DNA of 64,000 nucleotides from a virus: IMG/VR virus record IMGVR_UViG_3300028563_000012, positions 38,535 through 102,534 of that record; one strand, 5' to 3'. Shown piece by piece: positions 30,500-39,316 of the stretch; the first letter of the stretch is position 1; each line of letters starts with the position of its first letter. Under the pieces are notes generated by a model. It searched no databases and was not told the origin of the DNA. It saw nothing but the letters and a program-made list of their open reading frames with translations. Made by a program: the position numbers and the translations under genes.

Positions 30500-31345
30500 T
30501 TACAGCACGCCCGACCAGAAAGACTTGGTTGTGGTTTGGGTGGCGGTGCTGTTGTCAGCATCCGTCTTGGTGGTGCCGCCATCAACGGCTTCCAGTTTCT
30601 TGGCCATCGAGGCCACGGTGTCGTTGAGAGATTTGATGGTCGCAGTGACTTCTTCCAGAGATTTCTTGGTTTCCGGAGTGGGCACGGTGTGAGGGATCAA
30701 CGGCTTGACGCCGTCGGTGCCTTCGCCTGAGTCGATCGACGTGAGAGACTTGTATGCCTCCTCATCCACGCTCTTCACCAGGCCCATCAGGTCTTTGAGC
30801 GCCTTGGTGAAGGCCTCCATGCGTTCCTTGCTGAACTGCTTGCCGCCAGCCTTGGAGACGTTGCCTGAACCCTGCTCACCGTCATCGGCCTCTTCCTTCT
30901 TGGCCTTGGCGGTCTTGCCCTTGCCCTTGTCGCCATCGTCGGTGTTGTTGCCAACATCGCTTTCGAGGACATCGCCAATCGCCTTGGTGAGGTTGGCAAT
31001 GCTCTTCTTCATCTCCTCGCCATCGGCCTTCAGCTTTCCAGCCGCAATCGCCTTGTTGAGGTTGGAAACCATGCTCTCAAGACTTGGGGCCACATTGGTC
31101 CCGTCATCGTTGAGAGGTGCTTGCATGCCGGGCTTGGTGCCTGGCGTGAACGACGGGGTGGGCGCCTTTGAACCTTCGGGGTTGCCAGGCGACGCGGCTT
31201 TGGCTGCAGTGGTACTCATAGATCCCTCCATGGATTTGACCGCCAAGAAGTCGACCAGGTTTGCAGGCTCATCGACAAGGTCGACATTGCCCACTTGCAG
31301 GTCTAAAAAGCGCTGCTTGGCTTGTTGGTCAGATGTGCTCGACAT
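30500..31345 (-). CDS. Scaffold protein with N-terminal protease-like segment
   Basis: VDLVDEPAN..FLAVKS, then charged coiled coil ending KSFWSGVL; internal RBS before MSTTAAK. Confidence 0.7.
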   Translation of the reverse strand: MSSTSDQQAKQRFLDLQVGNVDLVDEPANLVDFLAVKSMEGSMSTTAAKAASPGNPEGSKAPTPSFTPGTKPGMQAPLNDDGTNVAPSLESMVSNLNKAIAAGKLKADGEEMKKSIANLTKAIGDVLESDVGNNTDDGDKGKGKTAKAKKEEADDGEQGSGNVSKAGGKQFSKERMEAFTKALKDLMGLVKSVDEEAYKSLTSIDSGEGTDGVKPLIPHTVPTPETKKSLEEVTATIKSLNDTVASMAKKLEAVDGGTTKTDADNSTATQTTTKSFWSGVL

Positions 31346-31382
31346 GTGCCTTGATTCTCGAATGGATCAAGACAGTCGGCAA
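31346..31382 (-). promoter_or_regulatory. Putative sigma70-like leaderless promoter for scaffold/capsid
   Basis: TTGCCG-17nt-GAGAAT, ATG 8 nt downstream; CTTGAT/ATCAAG inverted repeat brackets the -10. Confidence 0.45.
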
Positions 31383-31398
31383 GAGATGGAGGATCGGA

Positions 31399-33819
31399 CT
31401 ATGGTGTTTGAATCTGCTTCACTTTTGCAATTCCAGCGATGGAATAGCCACGTATCTTGGAGTCTTTCACCTTGGTCCAGATGTCATCATTTTCAATATG
31501 AGTAACCATCATCCAAGTGCCTTTCTTGATTGATTTGGTTCCCATCTTGAAGTTGACCGGAGCACACCATGATTCCACAAGGTCAAGACCTGCAGGGAAG
31601 CTGTTGTGCTGCACCCCGATCTGTGTTGACCTGTTGTAATTTGCCAAGAAGTCATGGGCGGCCTTTTCGATGACATCAGCGCTGTAGATGTCGCCTTGGC
31701 CATCAACAACTTCAGGCTCCAGCACAATGCCCCAAATCAGCCGTTTCTCATCATCAGCCTTCACAACTGGGCACCACAGTGACTTCCTCACCTGGATGGC
31801 GCCGCTATCCAACATGGCAATTAGGACTTCAGATTTGGGCGTCTGTGACCAAGCACGTTCCCACACCCAAACGCGGGTTTCATCTTCCCAATCAACACTG
31901 TAGTCGAACACTGCCAGCCGAACGTTGCGGAGCAGCCACAAGCCAGACAACACGCCAGCTTCCAGCCAAAACTCCTTTTCAGTGTCGCTTTGCTTGCCAG
32001 CAGTCCATTTGAACTGACTCCTGATGGCATAGCGGCTCCAACCGTCATCGCCCGAGCCGACGGCACCGGGCGGGAACGCGGTTGCATTGTCCAAGCCAAC
32101 ACCCATCCACCCCAAATCGCCCTTGCGCGCTGCACCGGCCGGGAATTCGACCTTGACGCGATCATCGCTTGATGGGTACTTGTACTTGCTGGTGTCGGAC
32201 GGGACGCTCAAGTCAATGGCTTGGTATGCGCCCGCGGCTTCCTTCAACTCGTTGTCACCGAATTGGTTGCCTGGAAACAGCATCTCACCACCCTCCCAGA
32301 ACTTGTCGCCCTTGCGCACCAGGCGGATGTCGGTGTGGATGTGAACGGGACGCAATACCATCAGCAGTCTGCGGTCAGGCTCGGGCATCGCATCGAAAGC
32401 AGCACCGGCCTCACCCTTGGATGCTCCGATCTTGTCGTCGATGAGCTTGAGCAGCTCATCGTTGTAGCCGCCCATGGCTTTGGCCAATGGGATCGCGGAA
32501 TCATCGCCGAGCAACTGGCGCATGCGCTGGATCTGCAAATCATCGGGCTCAAAACCCTCCCATCCCATGGCGTCGGTCATCTCAACTTGCTGTCGGAGCA
32601 GCCCCATCTCATGGGTTTGCAGAATGCCGGTGCCACCCTCGCCCTCGACAATGTCCAACGGCTGCGGAATGTCCAGCTTTTTCGCCTTGGATACACGGCT
32701 GCCATCTTCCTTTTCCAGCATGGCTTGCGCCTCTTTCGTCGCCTTGGCCTTCACATCCGGCGGCAAATTCGATTGCGGGATCCGGGATAGCGCGTTGCGA
32801 AGGTGCGGCAGATCAACCTTGCCGTCGGCATCCTTCACAGGGAAATGGCGCAACGAGCGCGGGGTTGTTTTGCCATCCTCGTCTTTCTCGCCACCGCCCT
32901 CGATGTGCAGGAATGCGCTGTCGGGCAACTCGTTGATGTACTTGCCGCTCCAAAGTGCCTTGGACATCTTGAATGACTGATGGTCGCCGCCAACGGACAT
33001 GACGATGTCATCAAACGACAAGGGCTGCTCAGGCAACTCATCCGTGGGAGCAGCTTCGCCCTTTTCCAGATACTTCAAGGTGACGTGCGGGGTGAATCCG
33101 TGGCTTTTCACGACCTTCACCCCGGTCGACTCGATGGCCTTGCAGACGCCTTGTCTGAAGTCGTGCATGTCGGGTGAATCGACCAACGCACAATGCACAC
33201 GGCGGCCTTCTGAGGTTTCAGAAGGGGCAAACATGCCATGGCCAGCAATTTTGCCGGTGTAGGCTTCCGATTGGGCGGCATGACGTTTCATGGCTTGCCG
33301 CACAGCCTCGACTTGCCCGCTGGACAAGTCCTTGCCGAGGTAGGCGAGCGTGACGTGCATTTTGTCATGAGGTTCACCGCCGGGAACCGCTAGCGATTTG
33401 GCCACATTGGGGTCGATGCTGTGGCTGATCATCACACCCGTGTGCCCCTTGACAGCTGGGATCTTCTTACGGTCGCCAGGGAAATGCGCTGGGTTGAGCT
33501 TGCCACCCGTCTCCAACGTTCCCGAGCTGATCGCGCCATTGGCAGGCGCACCGCCATCGGCCTTGCTGCTGCTCGCAATGGCTGCGCCGCACGCATGGCA
33601 AACGCCGTTGTTGATGTCCGACTGCTTCAAGACGGCGCTGCATTCGGGGCAGCGCTGGAACTTCTTGGTGTCGACATCGCCAACCGTCGGATCTCCATCT
33701 TCAGACGCCTTGGACTTCGTTTCAGCCACCGAGTTGGCGTCAGACGGATCAACTTCAGCCTTTGCGGCCTTGCTAACGGATTGCCATTGGTCAGATGTGA
33801 GAGCGCGTCGTTTGAGCAT
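31399..33819 (-). CDS. Multidomain prohead protease: Zn ribbon, 2H phosphoesterase, small helical domain, LigD-PE-like region, XkdF-like protease
   Basis: CPEC/CHAC; HVTL at aa155 and aa245; YINELPDSAF...RHFP...HLRNALSR; LQTH...HTDIRL; DEKRLIWGIVLEPEVVDGQGD...GYSIAG. Confidence 0.8.
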   Translation of the reverse strand: MLKRRALTSDQWQSVSKAAKAEVDPSDANSVAETKSKASEDGDPTVGDVDTKKFQRCPECSAVLKQSDINNGVCHACGAAIASSSKADGGAPANGAISSGTLETGGKLNPAHFPGDRKKIPAVKGHTGVMISHSIDPNVAKSLAVPGGEPHDKMHVTLAYLGKDLSSGQVEAVRQAMKRHAAQSEAYTGKIAGHGMFAPSETSEGRRVHCALVDSPDMHDFRQGVCKAIESTGVKVVKSHGFTPHVTLKYLEKGEAAPTDELPEQPLSFDDIVMSVGGDHQSFKMSKALWSGKYINELPDSAFLHIEGGGEKDEDGKTTPRSLRHFPVKDADGKVDLPHLRNALSRIPQSNLPPDVKAKATKEAQAMLEKEDGSRVSKAKKLDIPQPLDIVEGEGGTGILQTHEMGLLRQQVEMTDAMGWEGFEPDDLQIQRMRQLLGDDSAIPLAKAMGGYNDELLKLIDDKIGASKGEAGAAFDAMPEPDRRLLMVLRPVHIHTDIRLVRKGDKFWEGGEMLFPGNQFGDNELKEAAGAYQAIDLSVPSDTSKYKYPSSDDRVKVEFPAGAARKGDLGWMGVGLDNATAFPPGAVGSGDDGWSRYAIRSQFKWTAGKQSDTEKEFWLEAGVLSGLWLLRNVRLAVFDYSVDWEDETRVWVWERAWSQTPKSEVLIAMLDSGAIQVRKSLWCPVVKADDEKRLIWGIVLEPEVVDGQGDIYSADVIEKAAHDFLANYNRSTQIGVQHNSFPAGLDLVESWCAPVNFKMGTKSIKKGTWMMVTHIENDDIWTKVKDSKIRGYSIAGIAKVKQIQTP

Positions 33820-33846
33820 GCCTAAGAGTTTAGCCGCAGTCGCGGC
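33820..33846 (-). promoter_or_regulatory. Putative leaderless promoter
   Basis: TAAACT 7 nt before ATG, no SD; GCCGC/GCGGC hairpin just upstream; no clear -35. Confidence 0.35.
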
Positions 33847-33918
33847 CAGCGATTCTCACAACGCGCTCGCATTGCAACCAATTGATGCCAATCTGATTGC
33901 GCTAAGCACCAACAGCAA

Positions 33919-34062
33919 CTACGGCTTTTTGGTGGTGTCTTTCGGCTTCGCCGGGACCTTGGCTTGCTCGATTTCGTGCTGTTTGGCTTGCTTTCGACCT
34001 GGTTTGATGACCACGAAGTCACCAGGTTGTGCAATGAATCGATTGGTATTTTTGTCTGGCAT
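33919..34062 (-). CDS. 47-aa basic ORF coupled to MuF-ART
   Basis: TAATG overlap; MPDKNTNRFIAQPGDFVVIKPG...; below the ORF-track cutoff. Confidence 0.45.
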   Translation of the reverse strand: MPDKNTNRFIAQPGDFVVIKPGRKQAKQHEIEQAKVPAKPKDTTKKP

Positions 34063-35732
34063 TACGGCACCTCAGCGATGACTCGGATGACGGTTCGCAC
34101 CTCTCCTGCAATCTCTTTGTCTTCGATGCCAACCACCTTGAACCTTGTGCCTTTTTGCAACAACAGCTCAAGCTCGCCATTGGGGTATTCACGCGTTGCG
34201 TCCAAGTACGCAGCATGGGAACCTTTCGGGACAAGGATTTCCATGACAATGTCGTCTTTCTTTTCAGCGAAATTCAACACAACGGATGGCCTCAAGGCAG
34301 TGGAAGTGAATGCCGGATCTTCAATGACGGCCCCTGGTGTGAAAACGGCTCCGGCCGATGCTGGCAGCCCGCGATACGTGATGGTGTCAGATGGGAGCTT
34401 TGCCGTGTCCAGAGCAGCAGACAGCTTGTCGATCCTCTTCAACGCCAACGACCGTTCATCAGCCAATAGCGGACGACTCTCAACCTTGTCCAGGTTGTCA
34501 CGCAGGATGCCGTTCATGGTCCTGTGGGCATTGTTTTGGTACCTCCTGATCACCAATTCCTGGTCATCGGTCAACTTCGACGCCCAATGTTCAAATTCAG
34601 CCATGCCCCACACCTCGGCTTCCTTGTCCGACTTGTCCGCATAGGACGTCGCCCCGTCCCAATCAGCCTCCGGCATGTCGGTGGGCTCCGGGGCCAGAGC
34701 GTCAGGCGCTAGCTCAGGCATCGACTCCTCGTTGATGTCGACGCCGCAGCGGCACACGCCATGGTATGGCGGATAGCCGAATCCAGCCAACATCAGGTTG
34801 GCGGCACCCTTGATATCCGCAACGCTGTTGGCCCAAGGGTGGATCTCGCGCACGCGCTCGGGATCCGCTGCATTGGTTTCCTTGTCGAGGCGGTTCTGCG
34901 CTTCCTCAACCTTGAAGGTCTTGCCATTCAGGTCGTGGCAAATCGGACATGTCTTCTCATCATCCGGGTTGACCACCACGTACTCAGTGATGCCCAAGCC
35001 ATGCATCTCACGGACCATGCCTTGGGTACGGGCATTGGTGACCGTGTTGGCCGACAACATGCGGAAGTAATCAGGGGTGGTGCCTTTCCACCCGCTCGGC
35101 AGTTCCAAGCCAGGGCCGCGGTCCAAGGGCCCGGATTTCAGCCCAAACTCACGTGCTAACTCATCTTTGAGGTGGCCTCCGGCTTCGCTCCTGCCAAGGC
35201 CGCGGCGTAGCATGTACTCATCTGTCAGGCCGGAGATCTGCTTGGATAGGGTGTCGTCGTATTGCTTCCCAATCCAAAACACCTGATGCCTGGACAGGGC
35301 GTCGATGGCCTTCTCATCCTCGGTCGAAAAAGCTGCTCGCAACTCGGGCCCGTCACCTGCTGCTTTGCGTACGTGACCGCGCTTGCGATACAACGCATGG
35401 GCCCGTTCACGCATGGCTTGTTTGGCTGTGCGATAGGCATCGTCAACGATGGTGTTGACGATGGCCGTGGTGTTCTTGCGCCACGGTTTGAAGTGCCCGT
35501 GGATGCGCTTGGCTAGGGCTTCAGCCTCACCGGCCGTCAGCGGGGTGTCGCCCTCGATGCCCTCCAACTCCTGCAGAGCAGCAGCGGCCATTGGCAAGAA
35601 GACGGTGTTGAGCGATTTCCCCATGCGTCGCTCGATGATGCGGAATAGCTGATCGTTGGATGCGCTAACAGCCTTGGCAAGGATGACGTCCAGCGTCAGC
35701 AAGCGCTTGACTATCTGCGCTGTTTCACACAT
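34062..35732 (-). CDS. MuF (gp7-like) head protein fused to ADP-ribosyltransferase
   Basis: MuF: TCPICHDLNG, PPYHGVCRC; ART: TYRG, FTSTAL, ELELLL (R-S-E triad, ExE). Confidence 0.88.
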   Translation of the reverse strand: MCETAQIVKRLLTLDVILAKAVSASNDQLFRIIERRMGKSLNTVFLPMAAAALQELEGIEGDTPLTAGEAEALAKRIHGHFKPWRKNTTAIVNTIVDDAYRTAKQAMRERAHALYRKRGHVRKAAGDGPELRAAFSTEDEKAIDALSRHQVFWIGKQYDDTLSKQISGLTDEYMLRRGLGRSEAGGHLKDELAREFGLKSGPLDRGPGLELPSGWKGTTPDYFRMLSANTVTNARTQGMVREMHGLGITEYVVVNPDDEKTCPICHDLNGKTFKVEEAQNRLDKETNAADPERVREIHPWANSVADIKGAANLMLAGFGYPPYHGVCRCGVDINEESMPELAPDALAPEPTDMPEADWDGATSYADKSDKEAEVWGMAEFEHWASKLTDDQELVIRRYQNNAHRTMNGILRDNLDKVESRPLLADERSLALKRIDKLSAALDTAKLPSDTITYRGLPASAGAVFTPGAVIEDPAFTSTALRPSVVLNFAEKKDDIVMEILVPKGSHAAYLDATREYPNGELELLLQKGTRFKVVGIEDKEIAGEVRTVIRVIAEVP

Positions 35733-37483
35733 TAGCTGGCTTGCTTTGCGAGACTCAGCTGGGCTTTCAGCAGCTCGACTTCCAGGTCAGAACGTGCCCC
35801 AAGCAAATCTGAGAGCAGCATGCTCTTGATCACGGCTTGGCCTTCAGTGAGAATGCCCTTCACGGCAGGTTGCGCCTCGATGGGAGCAGTGTTTTTCACT
35901 GCCTCTGCCAACTGCAAGCTGAACGGGATGTCCGGGTTTATGGATTTGTCCAAAGCAGGCAGACGCTCGATGCCGAGGATGTCGCTGATTACCATGCGAG
36001 CGATGCGCGGTGTCATGCCGCCCGTCCGTTCCGCTGTTGCCAATACCTGAATCAGGTCTTGGTCATCAGTCAGCGGCGGATTGTTGGACTTGAAGCTGTG
36101 ATACAACACGCCAAGGTCTGGAAGGATCCAGTGATTCATGAAGTAGTCAAACTCATCCCGCAGCGGCCGGAAAATCTGCTCATCCGCCAACTTGCGCGAG
36201 GCATCTGCTGTTGCGCGTGTGTAGTCTGTGCTCCGACCGGTCAGGATGGGCGGCATGCGCCAAACTTCACGCACACGATCACCATTCGTCTTGCCATACT
36301 CGCTGAAAAGCTGATCGCGAGCTTGCTGGTTGGTCATTGGCTGGATGTTGATTTTGGCCGCACCTCTGCCCTCTTCACCTGCGTCTGTGGTGTTCGTGTC
36401 GGCTTCCAAGAGCAAGAAGCGGCTGTAGTTGGAGCTGCCTTGGATTTGCTTCTCCACAAACTCTTGTATGCGGGTGATCGTTCCCTCGGTCAACGATCCG
36501 TTGGACACGGAGATGATCATTGACGGGATGTTGTTGTTTTTCAGCGTGACGTAGTTGATTTCATCAGCAGCCCGGTCACCGTAGATGGACACGAGATTGC
36601 CAATGTAGCGCGGCATGCCATACGGCGTGCGCGGGCTGTACAGGCGCCAGTGGATGACCTCATTGGCGTAACGTTCCTTGGGAATTTCACTTTCCTTGCC
36701 TGCCTCAAGGATCTTGCCAGTCGTGCAGTCCATGGTCCGCGGATCGCCGTACTCCTTGAACCAGCGCACCCCTGGCGCGCCGCTGACGGTCAAGGCACGC
36801 ATGACACCGAACAAGCGCCGCTGAACAAACTTGCGAAAGCGCTTCTTGCGTGTCATGTCGACAAGCTTGACACTTCCGTCAGGTTCCATCTGCGGAACCT
36901 TACGGGTGAATGGGTAGAATTCCTTGGATTGTATCCCCAGCGCCATCTGGTAAGACGGGATGTGATTCAGCTGGACAATTCGCCCATCCACCGGGCTGCG
37001 AATGACTTCCCAAAATGCTTCACCCGTGGTCTCGATGTCTTGGCGGGTGCGCTTGCGCAACTCGGTGAAGCTGTAATCAGTGCAACAAGTGTTGAGGAAG
37101 TTCAGGAGCTTGGCCCGCTCTTTTGCAACTTCAGACTTCACGCCCGGCGGGCAAGATGGATCATCAACATTGACACGAGCATCCAAGCGTTGTCCGAACC
37201 CATCAACATTGACCACCATGGCCTCGATGACAGGCCCGAGTGCGGAGCTGTTTTCAGGCAGCATGGCCAGTGCCATCTTCTCAAATGGCGCTTCAATTGC
37301 CAAGCCATCCGTGACCAGCTGCGCAAAAGGATCGTCTTGTGGCAATTCCTTGGTGTGCGGGATCTCATCATCTTCGTTCCTGTCACCACCAGTGATGCCC
37401 TTCCGTTCCTCTTTGGGCCCAAAGATGATGGCTTTAACTATGGCCTTGGATGAAACGCCTGGTTGCTGTAATGTGGTTGCCAT
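35732..37483 (-). CDS. Portal protein
   Basis: GEAFWEVIR, NEVIHW, YGMPRY, NNNIP, MPPILTG; follows TerL. Confidence 0.9.
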   Translation of the reverse strand: MATTLQQPGVSSKAIVKAIIFGPKEERKGITGGDRNEDDEIPHTKELPQDDPFAQLVTDGLAIEAPFEKMALAMLPENSSALGPVIEAMVVNVDGFGQRLDARVNVDDPSCPPGVKSEVAKERAKLLNFLNTCCTDYSFTELRKRTRQDIETTGEAFWEVIRSPVDGRIVQLNHIPSYQMALGIQSKEFYPFTRKVPQMEPDGSVKLVDMTRKKRFRKFVQRRLFGVMRALTVSGAPGVRWFKEYGDPRTMDCTTGKILEAGKESEIPKERYANEVIHWRLYSPRTPYGMPRYIGNLVSIYGDRAADEINYVTLKNNNIPSMIISVSNGSLTEGTITRIQEFVEKQIQGSSNYSRFLLLEADTNTTDAGEEGRGAAKINIQPMTNQQARDQLFSEYGKTNGDRVREVWRMPPILTGRSTDYTRATADASRKLADEQIFRPLRDEFDYFMNHWILPDLGVLYHSFKSNNPPLTDDQDLIQVLATAERTGGMTPRIARMVISDILGIERLPALDKSINPDIPFSLQLAEAVKNTAPIEAQPAVKGILTEGQAVIKSMLLSDLLGARSDLEVELLKAQLSLAKQAS

Positions 37484-37505
37484 TGTTGCCCCTATCGTAA
37501 CTGTT

Positions 37506-38981
37506 TCACATCAGACCAGGCTCTGATCGCCGCTTTTTCTTGGCACGGCGCTTTGACGTCTTGATGGCCAAATTCAAAGCGTCAAACAAGTCATCATAGC
37601 GGTGGTGCGGGAATAGCACAAGGTGTTCGATGAGATGTGACATGTTGCGCCTGAAAAACACCTTCTGATTCTCAAACAATGGTGACAAGTTCTTGGCTTC
37701 CGTCACCTTGTCCTTCAGGGTGATGATGGCGACGGCGTTGATGTGCGGGAAGTCCTTTTTGACGTTGTAGAATTGCGCTTTTTGGTAGGCGTTGGACTCG
37801 ATTCCAACTCTGATGCACTCGTTGTCATCGTAGAAATCTGCCACTGCTGCTGTCTGTTTCGGGTATGACAGCTGCTTCTCATAATACGCCAAGACGTAGA
37901 TGTTGCCGAGCTTGTCGATCCCGACGGCCACCATGGCAAACATGTCGGCCTCATCCTCTTCAGAAATCATCAAGTCAACCCCGGCATAATGCGCGATGCT
38001 GCCCCACGGGATGTCCTTGTCATCGATGACTTGGCAGTCGTCAATGCTGAAGATGCTGCCCTTCATGACATCCGTATTCAGCATGTACTGAGAGTTGAAG
38101 CGGATGATGCCGCCGCGGCGGAGGGTTGCGACCTTGTCCTGTGTGAATCCCAAGCTATTCGGACGCACTTCACCATTGGGAAGAAGGATCGGGATGATCA
38201 GCGTCTGTGGGCCCTCAAGCTCACCGCCGGTGTCGTCGTCTTGGCGCTTGGAAAGGTGCCCGTGCAAATCCATGTGGTGAAAGCGCGTGCCCTTGATGTT
38301 CAGCGAGCCGATGAACGGATCCGATGGGATGGGTTGCTTCAACGTCGGAAGCAACATCTTGTAGAACCAGTTCAGCATTTTCTCACGCTGGTAAAGCGTG
38401 CGGCTGTTTTCCTCGTCCACCAAGTCGTCAGCATCGATGATGTCATAGTGCTTCGACGCAACTGCGCCTTCGATGCCGATGGTGTTGATTGACGGTTCTT
38501 TCGATGGCTGGGTGCGGCCGGCAACCTCAATTTCGGTATCAGACCACAACGACTTCCCAACGTAGTTGCCAAACAACCGGTGCAACATCTCGTTGGTCTC
38601 GAATTGCTGCTTGATTTCCTTCAACATGTCAGCAGCGTTGTTGCCTGTCTTTGATGCGATCAGGATCGACCGATTTGGGTTCAACAGCAGCTGAAAGATG
38701 TCCCACGACACTGTGGCTATTGTGGTTTTTCCAGACCCGCGCCAAACCAACGTCTGGCACCAGTTGCCTCGCCAACGATACTGGTGGTTCAGCATCTCCA
38801 AGTGGTGCGGATCAACCCGATACCCCAACACCACTTCGGCAAGAATGTCCACCCTGTGGCCGATCAAGATCAGCCGGCGGATCCACTCATGGTACAAGCT
38901 TTTGTGCTTGTCATACAACTCCAGCAACTCGCGTCGGTCCAAGCTCTGGAGTTGCTTGACGCTAATTCGTTCGTGGGACAT
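37506..38981 (-). CDS. terL: Terminase large subunit
   Basis: RGSGKTT Walker A, IIDADDL Walker B, GTRFH, GVDL, DDLFDA nuclease motif. Confidence 0.92.
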   Translation of the reverse strand: MSHERISVKQLQSLDRRELLELYDKHKSLYHEWIRRLILIGHRVDILAEVVLGYRVDPHHLEMLNHQYRWRGNWCQTLVWRGSGKTTIATVSWDIFQLLLNPNRSILIASKTGNNAADMLKEIKQQFETNEMLHRLFGNYVGKSLWSDTEIEVAGRTQPSKEPSINTIGIEGAVASKHYDIIDADDLVDEENSRTLYQREKMLNWFYKMLLPTLKQPIPSDPFIGSLNIKGTRFHHMDLHGHLSKRQDDDTGGELEGPQTLIIPILLPNGEVRPNSLGFTQDKVATLRRGGIIRFNSQYMLNTDVMKGSIFSIDDCQVIDDKDIPWGSIAHYAGVDLMISEEDEADMFAMVAVGIDKLGNIYVLAYYEKQLSYPKQTAAVADFYDDNECIRVGIESNAYQKAQFYNVKKDFPHINAVAIITLKDKVTEAKNLSPLFENQKVFFRRNMSHLIEHLVLFPHHRYDDLFDALNLAIKTSKRRAKKKRRSEPGLM

Positions 38982-38992
38982 CCTTACGTGTA

Positions 38993-39307
38993 CTATTTGC
39001 GCAAGTACAGATAGCCCAAGATCAACAGCGTGGAAACCAAGATAGCGATCGGAGTTGCCAGCACCTCAACCCAAGACTTGATGCGCAACTCTGACTTGGT
39101 CTTATCGATACGCGTCTTCAAAGCGTTGAGCCGCTTCTCGCAATTCTCGGCCAAAATGAACAATGGGCCGCCCGGAAGTGAACATTCCAATTTGTGCCCT
39201 CTGATGAGCGAATGCATCGAAGCCTTGAATTCTTCGTCTGTGATTCGGGTCATCTTTGGCGTCTCGCGCCTTTCAAACTCATCAGGCGGGACATTTGGCT
39301 CAGGCAT
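38993..39307 (-). CDS. Small membrane protein
   Basis: C-terminal TM segment. Confidence 0.5.
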   Translation of the reverse strand: MPEPNVPPDEFERRETPKMTRITDEEFKASMHSLIRGHKLECSLPGGPLFILAENCEKRLNALKTRIDKTKSELRIKSWVEVLATPIAILVSTLLILGYLYLRK

Positions 39308-39316
39308 GTTTCACAA

